64,000 bases of DNA from assembly GCF_001194135.2 (NCBI RefSeq), contig NC_068997.1:55258102-55322101 (forward strand), given 5' to 3'. The stretch is from Octopus bimaculoides. Taxonomy: Eukaryota. Position 1 is the stretch's first letter. Each line of letters opens with the position of its first letter. Positions 25,395 through 39,100 of the stretch are shown here, piece after piece. The position numbers were made by a program, and so were the translations under genes. The notes under the pieces were generated by a model, which was not told where the DNA came from, did not search any database, and worked only from the letters and a program-made list of their open reading frames with translations.

Positions 25395-26734
25395 CTTATG
25401 CATATATATAATATATATACATACATACATATATACATACACACACACACACACATATATATACACACGACAGACATATATATATATACATATGCATATG
25501 TGCAAACATATTATTATATCCCATAAGAATTACTGGCTCAAACAGTAGACATCTGGCTTGCATGAACTGGTATAATTTTGTTTCCCAATTGTTAGTGCTT
25601 AAATACTAACTACATCAGGTCAGACATGTCTTTCATCTTTTAGTAAAGACAGTTAAAGTTACTAATATAATAATATATTGATATATGGGTCAATCAACAG
25701 CCCCTTCCCTGACACTGCCACCATCTGCAGCTTATGCTTACAGACATTATCATTATAAAATTAGGAAAATAAACACTAACTATAAACAATGATTATAATA
25801 CCTTTGAACTTGTAGTTTGCTGATCTTGAGGGGTTTATGACTAATTAAGAATTCATTATGAAATATGTGTGATGTGGGAAAATATCTATTGGACAATTTC
25901 AGTTTTATGTGGGGTTTTTTTACTTGTTGTTTTGTGCTTATCTTTGAAGTTTAAGAAATGCTAGCTTTATGTTCTCAGCTAGAACTATGGAAAGCAGTCA
26001 CAATGGAAAGCAACATGTGACAGCTTTTATTAAAGTTTCTTTCATCTCCCTCAACATAATAGGCACAATCAAGGTAAGATGTAGTTTATAAAATAGAGAA
26101 ATTTTTAACAAGTATATTGTGATAAGTTATGGAGGAGGGTTGTAGTCGATGGAGCCTGTTATACAACTGGTATTTATTATATCAGACTTATTTCCATCTC
26201 CTCGCTGTGAAAATGATACTACATAAAAATCAGCCTTTGTCAAGTATTTTTTCTGATTTTGCTAACCCTCACCATAATAACAAAATAATTTTGAATTTTA
26301 ACCAGCAATACAAGGGGAGGGGTTAATCAATTACACGAACCACAGTACATGACTGGTAGCTCATTTTAAGAACTTCTAAAGGATGTGAGACAAGGTCAGC
26401 CTTGACTGGATTTGGGATCTGCATGTAAAGAGCTGCAAGGAATGCTGCAAAGAAACATTTTGTCTGATGTTCTAATGATCCTGCCAGCTCACCACCTTGA
26501 TGATGATGATGACAACAACAATAACAACAATTATAATAATAAAGTGTATATATATATATGCATGTATATATATACATACATATATGTTTGTATGTGTGGG
26601 CATGTATATATCTATAGATATTCACTTTTGCATAAGAATATTTCGTCAACATCGCCACTTTCCATCTACTTCTTATGTTAGCATGCATCAGATAAAGAGG
26701 CACCGTCTGAGTCAGTTCTTCTATGAGCTTACTG

Positions 26735-27147
26735 CCATCTTGTTTTCCACAAGGCCTTAGAGTTAACTCTGCCACCTACATTGAGGTCCTGGAAATAATT
26801 GTTAAGCCCTGGATAGACAGTGTATGCAATGGAACGACATATGTTTTTCAGTAAGACTCTGTACTATCACACATGGCTCTAGTAACACAGGAATGGATGG
26901 CTGAAAATTTTCATGATCACATGACCCCTAACATTTGGCCTCCTAATTCTCCAGATCTCAATCCACTGGATATTACATGTGGAGCATTGTTGAGAGAGAG
27001 GTCAATGAACTCACCCATAACACCAAAGATTCTATGAAAGCTGCCATAGTCAGAGTAGTGTCCAAAATGAACCAGGACCATTTGATTCGAGCATGTCAAT
27101 GAGTTAGATCTGATATAGAAGCAGCTGTTGAAGCTGACGGTGGCTGA
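26735..27147 (+). pseudogene. Decayed Tc1/mariner DD37D (maT-type) transposase, C-terminal half
   Basis: Translates as PSCFPQGLRVNSATYIEVLEIIVKPWIDSVCNGTTYVFQ*DSVLSHMALVTQEWMAENFHDHMTPNIWPPNSPDLNPLD, then after a frameshift YMWSIVEREVN...IEAAVEADGG*. There are 37 residues between the 2nd and 3rd catalytic Asp. Confidence 0.88.
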
Positions 27148-27180
27148 TCTGTAATTATATGTTTTTTTATAAACTCTGCC

Positions 27181-27287
27181 AGATCAGATTGGAGCCTGGT
27201 GCAGCCTTCTGGCTTGCAAGTCCTCAGTCAAATCGTCCAACCCATGCTAGCGTGGAAAGCAGACGTTAAACGATGATGATGATGATA
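27181..27287 (+). mobile_element. RTE-like 3' tail fragment (well preserved)
   Basis: ggagcctggtgcagccttctggcttgcaagtcctcagtcaaatcgtccaacccatgctagcgtggaaagcagacgttaaacgatgatgatgat. Confidence 0.85.
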
Positions 27288-27315
27288 ATTCTGTCCTCAA
27301 ATATCTTATGCACCT

Positions 27316-27356
<41 letters not shown>

Positions 27357-27663
27357 NNNNNNNNNNNNNNNNNNNNNNNNNNNNNNNNNNNNNNNNNNNN
27401 NNNNNNNNNNNNNNNNNNNNNNNNNNNNNNNNNNNNNNNNNNNNNNNNNNNNNNNNNNNNNNNNNNNNNNNNNNNNNNNNNNNNNNNNNNNNNNNNNNNN
27501 NNNNNNNNNNNNNNNNNNNNNNNNNNNNNNNNNNNNNNNNNNNNNNNNNNNNNNNNNNNNNNNNNNNNNNNNNNNNNNNNNNNNNNNNNNNNNNNNNNNN
27601 NAATTAATCAATAAATCTACCTATCTACCTATCCATGTATCTATCTATCTGTCTGTCTGTCTG

Positions 27664-27705
<42 letters not shown>

Positions 27706-28409
27706 ATATGTATGTATGTATGTATGTATGTGTGTAAATGAAAGAAAAGCAGCATGTAAAAGTATTGTCTTATGTTTCTCTGATTAGAGAAAGAGAGAAA
27801 AAAGCCATAACAGTGCATAAAATCATTCAGTTTGATCATTTTAAATATCTTCACAGCTTTAAATATAAAAACCTCTTTTCCAAGAAATATTTTTTGTTAA
27901 AATCAAATGTTGTTGTCAAGGCGTGAAGACTTATAAAAAAATTTCTGATTTCACCTCATTAGCAGCAGATTCACCATTCTTTGGCATTCATTCCAAATGT
28001 TCGTTAGCTGACCAACTTCAAAATTTTTAATGTTCAAATTTTTTTCAGAAATGTAAATGTTAATAAATTAGCTTGAAATATCTGGCTTCAAGTAACATAT
28101 GTAAATGAAATAGATGAGGTTTCTAGATACATTGTCTTATAATGTTACCATAGAAACAGAGTTGAAAGCCTAACAATGCAGAAAACAAAACATAGTTGCA
28201 CTATCTCATACATCTTTACATCAAGTTCCAGCTAGGAGAAAACATAACAATATTTGATTAATTTTTTTTATTTTTTGGAAAACGGCTTTTAATAAGTGAA
28301 AAATGATAAATGTTTAGGTATAAAATTGGAAAAGTGTGTATTTTGTTTTCTACATTATTGAGGCTTTCTTATGTTTTTTGTAAATAATTTGTGTGTGTGT
28401 GTATATATA

Positions 28410-28600
28410 TTCCTTTATTCTTTTACTTGTTTCAGTCATTTGACCGTGGCCATGTTGGAGTGCCACCTTTATTCAAACAAATCGACCCCAGTATTTATTC
28501 TTTGTAAACCTAGTACTTTTTATATTGGTCTCTGTTGCTGAACTGCTAAGTTACGAGGACAACAGCATTGGTTGTCAAGCGATGGTGGGGGGACAAACAC
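28410..28600 (-). mobile_element. SINE family B, 3' half (the 5' half is lost in the gap)
   Basis: ttttacttgtttcagtcatttgaccgtggccatgttggag...ctaagttacgaggac...gttgtcaagcgatggtggggggacaaacac is the reverse complement of the family B 3' block. Confidence 0.85.
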
Positions 28601-31600
28601 ACACACACACATATATAAATATATATATANNNNNNNNNNNNNNNNNNNNNNNNNNNNNNNNNNNNNNNNNNNNNNNNNNNNNNNNNNNNNNNNNNNNNNN
28701 NNNNNNNNNNNNNNNNNNNNNNNNNNNNNNNNNNNNNNNNNNNNNNNNNNNNNNNNNNNNNNNNNNNNNNNNNNNNNNNNNNNNNNNNNNNNNNNNNNNN
28801 NNNNNNNNNNNNNNNNNNNNNNNNNNNNNNNNNNNNNNNNNNNNNNNNNNNNNNNNNNNNNNNNNNNNNNNNNNNNNNNNNNNNNNNNNNNNNNNNNNNN
28901 NNNNNNNNNNNNNNNNNNNNNNNNNNNNNNNNNNNNNNNNNNNNNNNNNNNNNNNNNNNNNNNNNNNNNNNNNNNNNNNNNNNNNNNNNNNNNNNNNNNN
29001 NNNNNNNNNNNNNNNNNNNNNNNNNNNNNNNNNNNNNNNNNNNNNNNNNNNNNNNNNNNNNNNNNNNNNNNNNNNNNNNNNNNNNNNNNNNNNNNNNNNN
29101 NNNNNNNNNNNNNNNNNNNNNNNNNNNNNNNNNNNNNNNNNNNNNNNNNNNNNNNNNNNNNNNNNNNNNNNNNNNNNNNNNNNNNNNNNNNNNNNNNNNN
29201 NNNNNNNNNNNNNNNNNNNNNNNNNNNNNNNNNNNNNNNNNNNGTTTCTTCCGTTATGCAAAAACAAGAGCTTGTTATTTTTATTTTTAGGGTTAGTTCA
29301 CCTCTTTCACCCCAGGCTTCTCTCTCTAATGTTTTTATTCAAAAGAAGCTGTGTCCAGTTCACTCAGATTTAACAAAATATTATCAAGAAAAGGCATCAG
29401 CTGGTTTTTCATATTTAAATTCTCAGGATATATCAGCTTCCTTCTTATTCTTTTGCTGCACTGGTTACTGGTTCTACCACCTACCCCCACCCCATTCCCA
29501 CCCTACCCCCAAATTCTTATTTGATATTTGCTGCGAAGTTGTTCCCCAAATTTCCTCTCCTTACCTAAGCGCTATCTAATTTCAAGTTTAAACAAATCAG
29601 AGCTGTCTTATCGTGTTGTCTGTTTAAATTGAAGATAATCTAAATTTGTATTGGATGTGTTAGTGTAATGAGAACCACTGGAAAAGTACAAGAAACTAAA
29701 CTGAGACTTGCTGTTATCAAGTGGAATCAAATATATATCAAAACAATCATTAAACAGGTTTTGCGAACGTCTTTATATAGGTGAAAGTATGAATAACACC
29801 ACTGCCCAGCACTTGTGTAATACAGCACCAACGAAATATTTGATTTACAACTGCAGCCTGACCTGTTATCTCAGCTGTTAACTACTGGATATAAACAAAA
29901 AGAAAATGAGTGCTTGTGTGGGCCATGGAAAGCTAATTCTGTGTAGAAAGACTTGAACTGAACTGTAAAATGTGCAGAAAATAACTGGAGTATTTAAGGG
30001 TTTTTATTGTTTTCTTTTCATTTTAAAGTATGTAATTTGAAATTTTATGGTAATTAAATAGGGATTTAATTTTGATACAGTTTGGAAATATATAACAATG
30101 TCATGTTTGATGTGAGGAATGATTTTATTTTATGTAGGATGTAGAAGTATAAATTATTAGTTTTCCATTATGAGATGGAAGTGTTAATTATAGCTAAAGA
30201 ATTACAGAGGACAGTTTGAAAATAGTACATGGGCTTGAACATGGAACTCCTTTTTTTCGTCCGTTACATATGTTTCAGTATTTGGTAACACAAATACTGA
30301 TGTAATCGGCAGATGTACCCCGTAAGGGCAGCAGTGCATAAGGAAACATATTTTCAGACAGAGAAGTGAGAAATATAATCCAAACAGTAACCAAATTGAA
30401 ACACCCAAGAGATACAGTGCTAGAAGGGGAGGGGGAATGGCAGGACGAAAGGTAAGATTGCAGCCAAACTGCAAAGGTGGACTAGTGTTGGTAAGGATTG
30501 AGATGAAGTGCTGACCAGGGAAATATGTCACACTGACATGGCCTTACAACACGGAGGAGTGAGTGTGCAGATGGCACCCTAGGCAGCCTGCATAATCGGC
30601 CATGTGCGTGCAATAAACTAATACTGCCAGGGTTTGTGGCATCTCTCTTGACTGATGTATCCATCTACATATCCACATTAACGTGATTATACCCACACCC
30701 ACTAACACTCAGACATATCCACACAGACTCAGACATATATACCTATCTACACACACACACATGCACACGCATGTATCAAATGCCTATACATACACACATG
30801 CACATACATTTGTATATGTATATACATATATACACTTTAAACACACACACACATACTCAGATGTAATGGCATGGGTATAGTTAGATAATAACATAGGTAG
30901 AGTTGATTATAAACTATTCATTTCTCCACCAAAAGAAGAAAAAGAGGAATTATTTCCCCAAAGAGAAATTAGATGAAAATAATGTTAAATAGAATCATAC
31001 TAAGTAAAAAATCTAAAACAAAAGTATAAATAAATAAAATAAAAAAGATGTTTTCAACATCAAAAAGTTTGAAAGAAATGTAACAAACATCAAGACAGGA
31101 AGCAAGATATGCCATAATTAGCACAGAATTAATTAAATATTAGCAACCAATTTGATTAGTAGTGAAACCATTTTTCTATATAAAGTTATTAAATCTGCGA
31201 AAATAGAAATGAGTTAGAGCTGTAGGGAAAAATTGCTGCTGTTGAGAAGGAGAGAGAAAAACATACGCAAAAGAAATGCTAAAATGATAGTGAAACAGAG
31301 AATGTATACATGGTAGTTGTGGATGTTGTTAGTATTATCAATAACATTAGAAGACTGTCATTCATATTTTTATTATTTTTGTGTCTTTTTTCCGTTTTTG
31401 ACAATTTTTAAATAAGTTTGATGGAAATTTTTGACTTTGAATTCAATTTTAATGGTATTACTACAACAAACCACTGCCATCTCTCAGACTGAAATTTTGT
31501 TTAATTGGTAAAAGAAGTGTTTACACCTGTAGTCAATAGAGAGTGATAACAGGATGAACTGAAAAAGGTGTTAAAGGAAGCTCTGAATAAGGAAGTATGC

Positions 31601-34600
31601 CACATAACCAAGGGAAACTATTGCGTGCAAAAAGTCTTCTTGGCTCCATTCTCCTTCTTACAATGAATCAGTTAAAGTTACAAAGCAATGAATAAGAGAG
31701 AAGAAAATATCTGACATGAAAGAAGCAAACATTTATAGCTAAATTATTCAATGGCTTACAATAGGTCAGTAAGTTTGTAGACTCTTTGTTCCCATCTATT
31801 TTTAGTATGTTTACATACACGTGTGTGTGTGTGCATGTATGAATTTGTGGTAAATGTGAAAGTACATTTATGGATGTTTAGGCATGTACAGTCTAATGTC
31901 AGAGAGAAGAGGAGAAAGAAAAAAAGATGGAGGGAGATAAAGTGAGAGAATAGAGATGGCCAGGGAGAGAAGTGTTTGATTTAAAATGCTATGGCTAATG
32001 GATTGTTGTCATGAAAAACAAAAAACAAAAAGAAAGAAAAGAAAAGAAGGAAAATATTTCATTAGAGAAACTGTGATACGGAATGAAACTAGCTGAAGGC
32101 TACAGTCAAAGCCAGTATTTCTTATTAAAGAAGACCATCATAGCAAAACATTGCCAATGTCTTCTTAGTAAATGCTGGCAAGATTCCTTCACCAGTCTGT
32201 ATTATTCCATTAATGCTGTTAAATCCATTAGTAAAATACTACTACTAGTAGTAAGTAATCACTGTTGTTAGACATTAATTACTCAATCATTACAAATGAA
32301 AAGTAAAACAATAGCAAAAAGAAAACCCCTAAAATTAGACAAAAGAATTTTTTCTTCTCAGTTGTTCGGTTTAGCTTAATTGTCCGGCACTATTGCTATT
32401 TTATCCCATCATCCAATTTATGTCCAATGAACTTTATACAAGTGAAGAGCGAATAACATTTTCTTTTTATATTCCTGACAGCCTCAATTAAGAATACAGC
32501 AATAACATTTAACCACGTTAAAACTCAATGACTTCTCATTCTATCGGAAGAGAATCAGAGGAGATAGTGAAAGTAGAAAGAGGGGAAGTAAAAAGAAGCA
32601 TGCCAAGAAAGGGATTGAGAGGAAGAGGAACAGAAATAGAAGCAGAAGGAGAATGAGAAAGCAATGAATACCATTCCAAGAACACTATCATCCACTGGTC
32701 ACCTATGGTGTGCCGGAATGTATGAAGTAGGTCTTAGCTGAACCTGTAACAACCGCTCTATCTTTTGTCCATTTTAATAAAAGATGAAACAAAAAGAAAA
32801 AAGGAAAAAAAAGGGCTGATTCTTGTACACAATATAATAATTTCCCTTTAAATTTCAGGAAATTTCCCCTCCCTCCTATCATATCATAGCTGAATTGTGG
32901 TTTCGAACATTACTTTTATATGTGAAATAACATGTTCCCCCTCACATTATTCAATGAAATTCAAAAGACAGCTTCTAATTTCATTTCATAAAGTTTCAAT
33001 CAACACAATGACCAACTCAAACCATAGTTTGTCAGCATTGACTACAGCATTGTTGCTTTGAGCTGGTTCTTTCCTCAGTACAATGACAATAATTTGAAGT
33101 AACTCTTTTGATCTTTCACCACTAATTCATGCAAAAAATTACTATTTAAACAAGCATTGATTATAACAAGAAATACCTAAAAACTGCAAACATTATTTCT
33201 GGAATTATTTTGATTTTTGTTCCCAACCATTTCTATAACAGAATAGCTAAACCCCTCACATCAATCATAATCCAGGCAATATCTAATATAAAAGAGTTCA
33301 GAAAGGGGTTAATAGAGTTGAGTTTATATGTTGTTTATGGTGTCTAAAGCCTATAGACTAGACCAGTTCCACAAGGGACTACAAAATGAAATCATGTGAA
33401 CTTACACTAATTTTTAGGGTAAAAATCTGATTACGAGGAGACTTTTTTTCTTGACTCAATTTACTTCACAGAATTTCATCAATGAATAGCTTTCAAGTGA
33501 TATTTTATTAACTGCCTTCCATTGATAATTAGAAAACATCTGACAAGTTATTCTTAATTAAAATTTAACCAGTAATAACAAAAAGAAAAAAATATTTTTA
33601 GCTTGACCTATCTTCCTTCCAGTAAATATATATTCTCATAAAATGTGCAACTACAACAGCTATGAGACAGCTATAAACATCAGAATTTCACATTTACTTC
33701 TGGTAAATATTAAATGTTGTTACCTCATGCTAATGTTGAAAGAAAAGTCATTTTTTTTCTTGCATTAAACTTTTTGATATCAACCCAACTGAGACCACCT
33801 CTGCTTCTTTGATACAAAACCTCTTAAAGAGTTCATTCTTAAATTAAAACCTTCCATTAATATTTAATACCAGAAACTTTTGTTCTGCTCCTAACTAAAT
33901 ATACAAATAAATGAAGAAAAATCAGTTATTTTGCTGAATACTTCCAATTTCTTGTTTATTTAAAAATGTGTGTGTGTGTATGTTTGTCTTGACATTGTAC
34001 AATGGTTGGAAACAAGAGAAAATCTATGTCAAGAAACTCAGTCTGACCAATGTTAGTATAGATAAGTAGGGATTAAAATGATGGTGATGATGATGATGCC
34101 TTGTTTCAGAATCATTCTCTGATAGAACTTTACCCCCAGAAAACAAAGTATAGACCAATTTCACTGACAAGTCTCTTTACAAACTTCTCCATATCTGATT
34201 CTAAACTTCTAATATTATCTTCCATGCTTGACTGACCCTATTTTTGTCCTATTAGCAATGTCTCAAAGTTTCTGGATAACCAACCAGCCAACCAACCAGT
34301 TACCGAGGCAGTCAAGTGTCCTAGTAATGGAAGCAACACAGAACCAGTAACTTCTTAACAACAAATTGTCCGATACTACCTTATCTTCTCTCTCTCTCTC
34401 TCTCTTCTCTTTTCATTACAACAGTCATTTCTTCTCATCTTTCTCTTCTCTATAATTCTGATCTATTCATGCTGCAGCAACGAGAGTGTCATTTCGGCAA
34501 CAACAGACTTAACTCCTCCTTTCAGAAGGCAGACCACTTCTTTTATTCTTGCTTAAAACTAATCTGCAATAATTTCCTTGGTGCTAAAAAAGGCTGACAA

Positions 34601-34880
34601 AGAAATCACAAACATAATACATCACATGCTGCTGCTGCTACTACTACTACCACTACTACAATCACAATCATTACATCAGCAACGTTAGCTTTCTGGCCCT
34701 CCACATGAGACTAACATCTCCATTCTGATCTCATTGGTCAACTTATCATTCAGCCAGTTCTTTCAGTATTTCGTTTCCGTTCCAGCTGGAGGTGTGTGGG
34801 TGTGCGTGGGGGTAGTGTCAGGGCAATGGTAGTCTCCTCTTCCCTCAGGCCTTTTTCTTTTCTGATACTTGCTTCTCCAG

Positions 34881-34973
34881 GCTTTTCACTCAACCCTTCC
34901 GCTATCACCTAACACAGTGTTAATTACTCACACACATACATTCATGGAACAACTTCATCGCCCCTTTCTCCAG
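34881..34973 (+). other. Candidate 93-nt exon (unverified)
   Basis: Acceptor tttttcttttctgatacttgcttctccag| and donor CAG|gtgaga. Frame 0 is open (AFHSTLPLSPNTVLITHTHTFMEQLHRPFLQ) with an in-frame ATG at 34944. No homology recognised. Confidence 0.3.
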
Positions 34974-36764
34974 GTGAGAAATACATTTTGATGTTTTACA
35001 GCCACATTTACTGTTGATTAATTTTATATTTTCGTTTCCTGGTCGGCTTCCTTGAGTGTTGATTGAGCTTATTACTGGGCGTATTTATGATGAGCAGAAA
35101 AGTTTGTGTTAACCACCTGATCAGTTTTTGTTATGTATGGGGAAAATTTACACCAAAAGATCAGAGAAATATGCTTACAAAGAAATTTTTTAATTCTTAC
35201 AAGCTTTAGGAGTCAATAGGGGAACGTGTATGTATACTAGAAATAACAGGCATATCCTCCTGAAATCACCCCCCAACAGTGTTACCATAGATATATGATG
35301 CTTGAGAAAATAACATGGCATGGTCATGGAAGGAATATCTTTGATTGTTTCAGTCAAGATTCACAGTGAAAATAAACAACAGCAATAACATTGATGTGCC
35401 GACCATTGTAGATCACCTCCAGATTTGCCTGTCGTACATTCTGACACAGATTGTGGTGCCAAATAGGAACAGAGAACTCTTCAGACAATAATTAGAGTTC
35501 TATAGACTGAAATAAAGCACAGTATCACTCATTTTCTCCGACTCCAAAACATTGATCATTTGCCAAGAATATAAGCTACTCATATTTATATTAAGGTCTT
35601 TTATAAAGAAATTCAATTTTAGGCAGAACTTTTAAATGTCAAAGTTCATATTATATATCGTTACTAATTTTCATTGATATAGAATATATTATCATTATAT
35701 TTAGAAAAAAAGAATCAAACATTAATAGAATCTCAATTGAATAATGGTTAGAGATGGAAGAGAGGTGGAACATGGCAGCAGAAAAGATAGAGTTTCAAAT
35801 AAACATTAAGTTGAAAATATGCCAATTTTCTGTGTGATTTTCAGGCTCATTACTGTCATGTTGATCATGATCATAATTATAGTGAAATATCTAGAAACTG
35901 ATAGTTTAGTGGCCCAGCTCAGATAGCATCACTGATTAGCTATTATTTCATGTAGTTGATGCTTGTAAATAAGTAGATTTATAATCAAAACAGTCAAGAT
36001 TTGGAGTGGAAATGTGCCACACAACAAACTAACCAAGACAATTGACAAAGCTGATAAAATTACAAACAATGGAATTGTAAAATGTCATGGCTGCACAAAC
36101 CAGAATAAATAGAGTGCAACTTGTTGCTGTTCACGACACAATCTTGAAATAAAGATGCCAAATTGTTGGGCCTCAGCTTATACCTAAGAACTAACCAAAT
36201 AGCAATTATCTAGTAATTAAGACTGTTACACAACTTACTATTATAACCAACAGTTGTCAACGATACAGACTGTTGTGATTAATGGCTTAGATAACAAATG
36301 CTGTAAAAGGAGACCAGCTCTGAAAGGAGACCAGTTTTAAAACTACATTACTGCAGTAAAATCATTGAAATACTGGAAATTTATGGAGGAAAGGGCTGCC
36401 AATTGGCAAAAAAAGGCAATGAAAATATAAAATATAACTAATATTTTTGTCAGGGAAGGAGGCTCAGTACTTTTATCATGTTGTGCGGAGGGGAGTGTCT
36501 TCTTTGATTTAAGCTTTGTAAAATATGCCTGGAGTCAATATAATGTGTAGTTTAATTCGTTTTGAGAGGACTAAAGAGAAACCAAAGCCAGAAATGGGAC
36601 TGTTTACTTTTCAATGTGATGTTCAAAAATTACTTTTGCCAAATTTTTAAGGAATAAATTTCCATATAGGAAAAAATATCATCATTGAAAGCGAATCAGT
36701 AGAAATGATTCTGGCGTTTTTGATGCTTTGAATAGTTTTGTTCTTTTACTTCAGCTTAAGCTGG

Positions 36765-37062
36765 TCCTCTGCCAGTTATGGTAATAAGAGTTCCAGTTGA
36801 TCTGATCAATGGAACAACCTGCTCATGAAATTAAAGTGGCTGTGAATGCCAGAGACATGCATAACCCTTAACATACTTCTCAGAGAGATTCAATGTGACA
36901 CAGAATGTGGCAACGTGGCCCTTTGAAATACAAGTACAGCTCATTTTTGACAACTAAGTGGACAACAACAATGTGAAATAAAGTGTCTTGCTCAAGGACA
37001 CCCCACATCACAGGGAATTGAACTCATGAGCTCACAGTCGTAGGCTGAATACCCTAAGCAGT
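36765..37062 (-). mobile_element. tRNA-derived SINE, family C (central tgtccttgagcaagacactt domain)
   Basis: The reverse complement has the head gggtattcagcctacgactgtgagctcatgagttcaattccc, then gtgtccttgagcaagacacttta, a central motif like those of CORE/Meta-type SINEs. Its 3' block matches 54920-55017. Confidence 0.75.
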
Positions 37063-37149
37063 GCACCATCACAACTTCAGCTTAAACTTCAGACAGTTCA
37101 GCTGTGAATTGCTTGGATGGCTCCTGTAAGATCAGCATTAGAAAGAAAG

Positions 37150-37155
<6 letters not shown>

Positions 37156-37203
<48 letters not shown>

Positions 37204-37410
37204 GGAGATAATTGTTTTGTGTACTCTACGTTTACATGTAATATCATGTATAACATCATGTATACATATGCCTACATGCACACACAAGAGGCATTCCATG
37301 AAAGGCACTCACCTAACTGTGTAGAAGTCATCAAAAGAGGTTTCTCACTACGAAATTATTTGTATGCGGTAGGGAGCAAAAGAAGGGAACACAGGAAGTT
37401 TGGGGAGAGT

Positions 37411-37446
<36 letters not shown>

Positions 37447-37505
37447 GTGTGTGTGTGCGTGTGTGTGTGTGCGTGTGTGTGTGTGTGTGTGCGTGTGTGT
37501 GTGTG
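37156..37505. repeat. (GA)n (37156-37206) and (TG)n/(TGCG) (37415-37505) microsatellites
   Basis: Direct reading. They account for the 147-aa ORF at 37117. Confidence 0.95.
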
Positions 37506-38139
37506 CTCTGTTGGAAATAAAATGGACAGCAAATATTGTTGTTATTATCAACAAGTATGACTCTTAGTGACCGAAACAGATTGATTAGTGATGGAGAGGA
37601 GGAGGAGGAAGGATAGTAAATTCAACTTGGGTGTTGGGAGGAGTTTGATGAGTGGCAGAGAGGGGGGAACTTACAGGAATGGAGGAGAAGAGAGATTTTG
37701 ATCCAGAGAAAATAAATGCTTTTGGTGTTGATGTGGAGTTGGGGGTTGGGGTTTGTATAAAACTGCCAACATCACCTTTTTAGAAAGAAGTTAATGTATA
37801 GTGTATGTGTGTGTGGAGGGGGGTCTTAACAAATATGAATGAGTCTGAGAGAGGAATGGCAATGAAAGGTGGAAGCAGATAGGATGACCATTGGAACCAC
37901 ATTGAAGAATATAGGTGTCGAGGTGGAACAATTGTCAAGGGGATTGATTACAATTCATTTTAGGAGACCTTTTCACTTCTTTGAAAGGGAATATTTTGGT
38001 GAAGAAGGAGAAGAATAATCCCTGACCCCTGCATTGCCTTTAACCCCTATGCTGACCCTTTTGAGTAGGTTTGCTGGAAGAAATTTATTGAGACAGAAGA
38101 AATAGATTCATCAAAGGAACTGTATCAGACAGAGAGGGA

Positions 38140-38179
<40 letters not shown>

Positions 38180-38473
38180 ATGATGTCTAAGTGAAACTAA
38201 GGTGAGACCAAGGCAGTGGTAGGTTATGCTAAAGATAAAATATCAGTAATCTGAAGAGAATGGTTGATGGAGGAAAAATGATAGTTGGGTCATCAATTTA
38301 CATTTAATAATCTTAAACAACGATAGAAACTCAATGTTTAGTTTTTCTGTTGAGTTAGTGGAAGGATTTGTGAGAAACCGATTTTCTTCCATGTCTACCA
38401 ACTCTGCATCCCTGCCTAATCTAAAATATAGTTTTGTTACAAAGCTATTTTATTAATGGCATTTTTCTTTATA

Positions 38474-38680
38474 CAGAGTGGATCCAAAAGTCACTCAGAT
38501 TTAAAATCCAATGCTTCTGATTTATTCTTGTGAGGATACTTGAAGAAGCATGTGTATAGCAATCATCCAAGGAACCATATACAGCAGAAATTTGGAGTCT
38601 TAAACCCATCGTTTTGTAAACACTCATAGAACTTACTCAAAAAAGGGGCCCAACTTCACAAATGGAGGGTTCTGTGTACC
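38474..38680 (+). mobile_element. Short Tc1/mariner-derived remnant
   Basis: Starts TA|cagagtggatccaaaagtcact (TIR-like). It contains SDLFL*GYLKKHVYSNHP, which resembles the transposase motif DFFLWGYLKxxVY. No clear second TIR. Confidence 0.45.
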
Positions 38681-38914
38681 TAATGTTTTTATTTTTTTAT
38701 TTTTGAGTAACTTAAATAAATTTCTATTTGTTGTTCAAAGTTAATGATTAAAGTCAGAAATAATACAGTTATTTACATTTTTTAGCCTCTTAGCTTCTGG
38801 GTGAGTTTTGGCCCATCCTGTTTTCAGACAAATATCACTTGGTGAACTTTTGTGTGATATTCACTGTAAGTATTTTATGACAGAAATCTAAAAATTGTAT
38901 TCTTTATTTTCTAG

Positions 38915-39100
38915 TTTCATAAAGTGCATCCAGCCATAAAATTCACACAAAAACTGACATTGGAGGATGATGCAGTTCTCTAACCTACTGGATCCTGTTG
39001 AATCAATGAATCCATTCCAGCATGGAAGAAATACATTAAAAGATGATAATGATGACAACAACAACAACAACAACGATGATGATGATGATGATGATGATGA
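38915..39100 (+). mobile_element. RTE-like 3' tail fragment with an expanded (AAC)n(GAT)n tail
   Basis: gcatccagccataaaa...ccattccagcatggaagaaatacattaaaagatgataat. Confidence 0.65.

Noticed and set aside
24891-25548. Long ORFs of 159-204 aa, and similar ORFs at 11.8-12.2, 27.3-27.6, 28.5-29.6, 42.8-43.6 and 49.5-49.9 kb
   Set aside because: They are open only because of N-gaps and (TA)n/(CA)n repeats.
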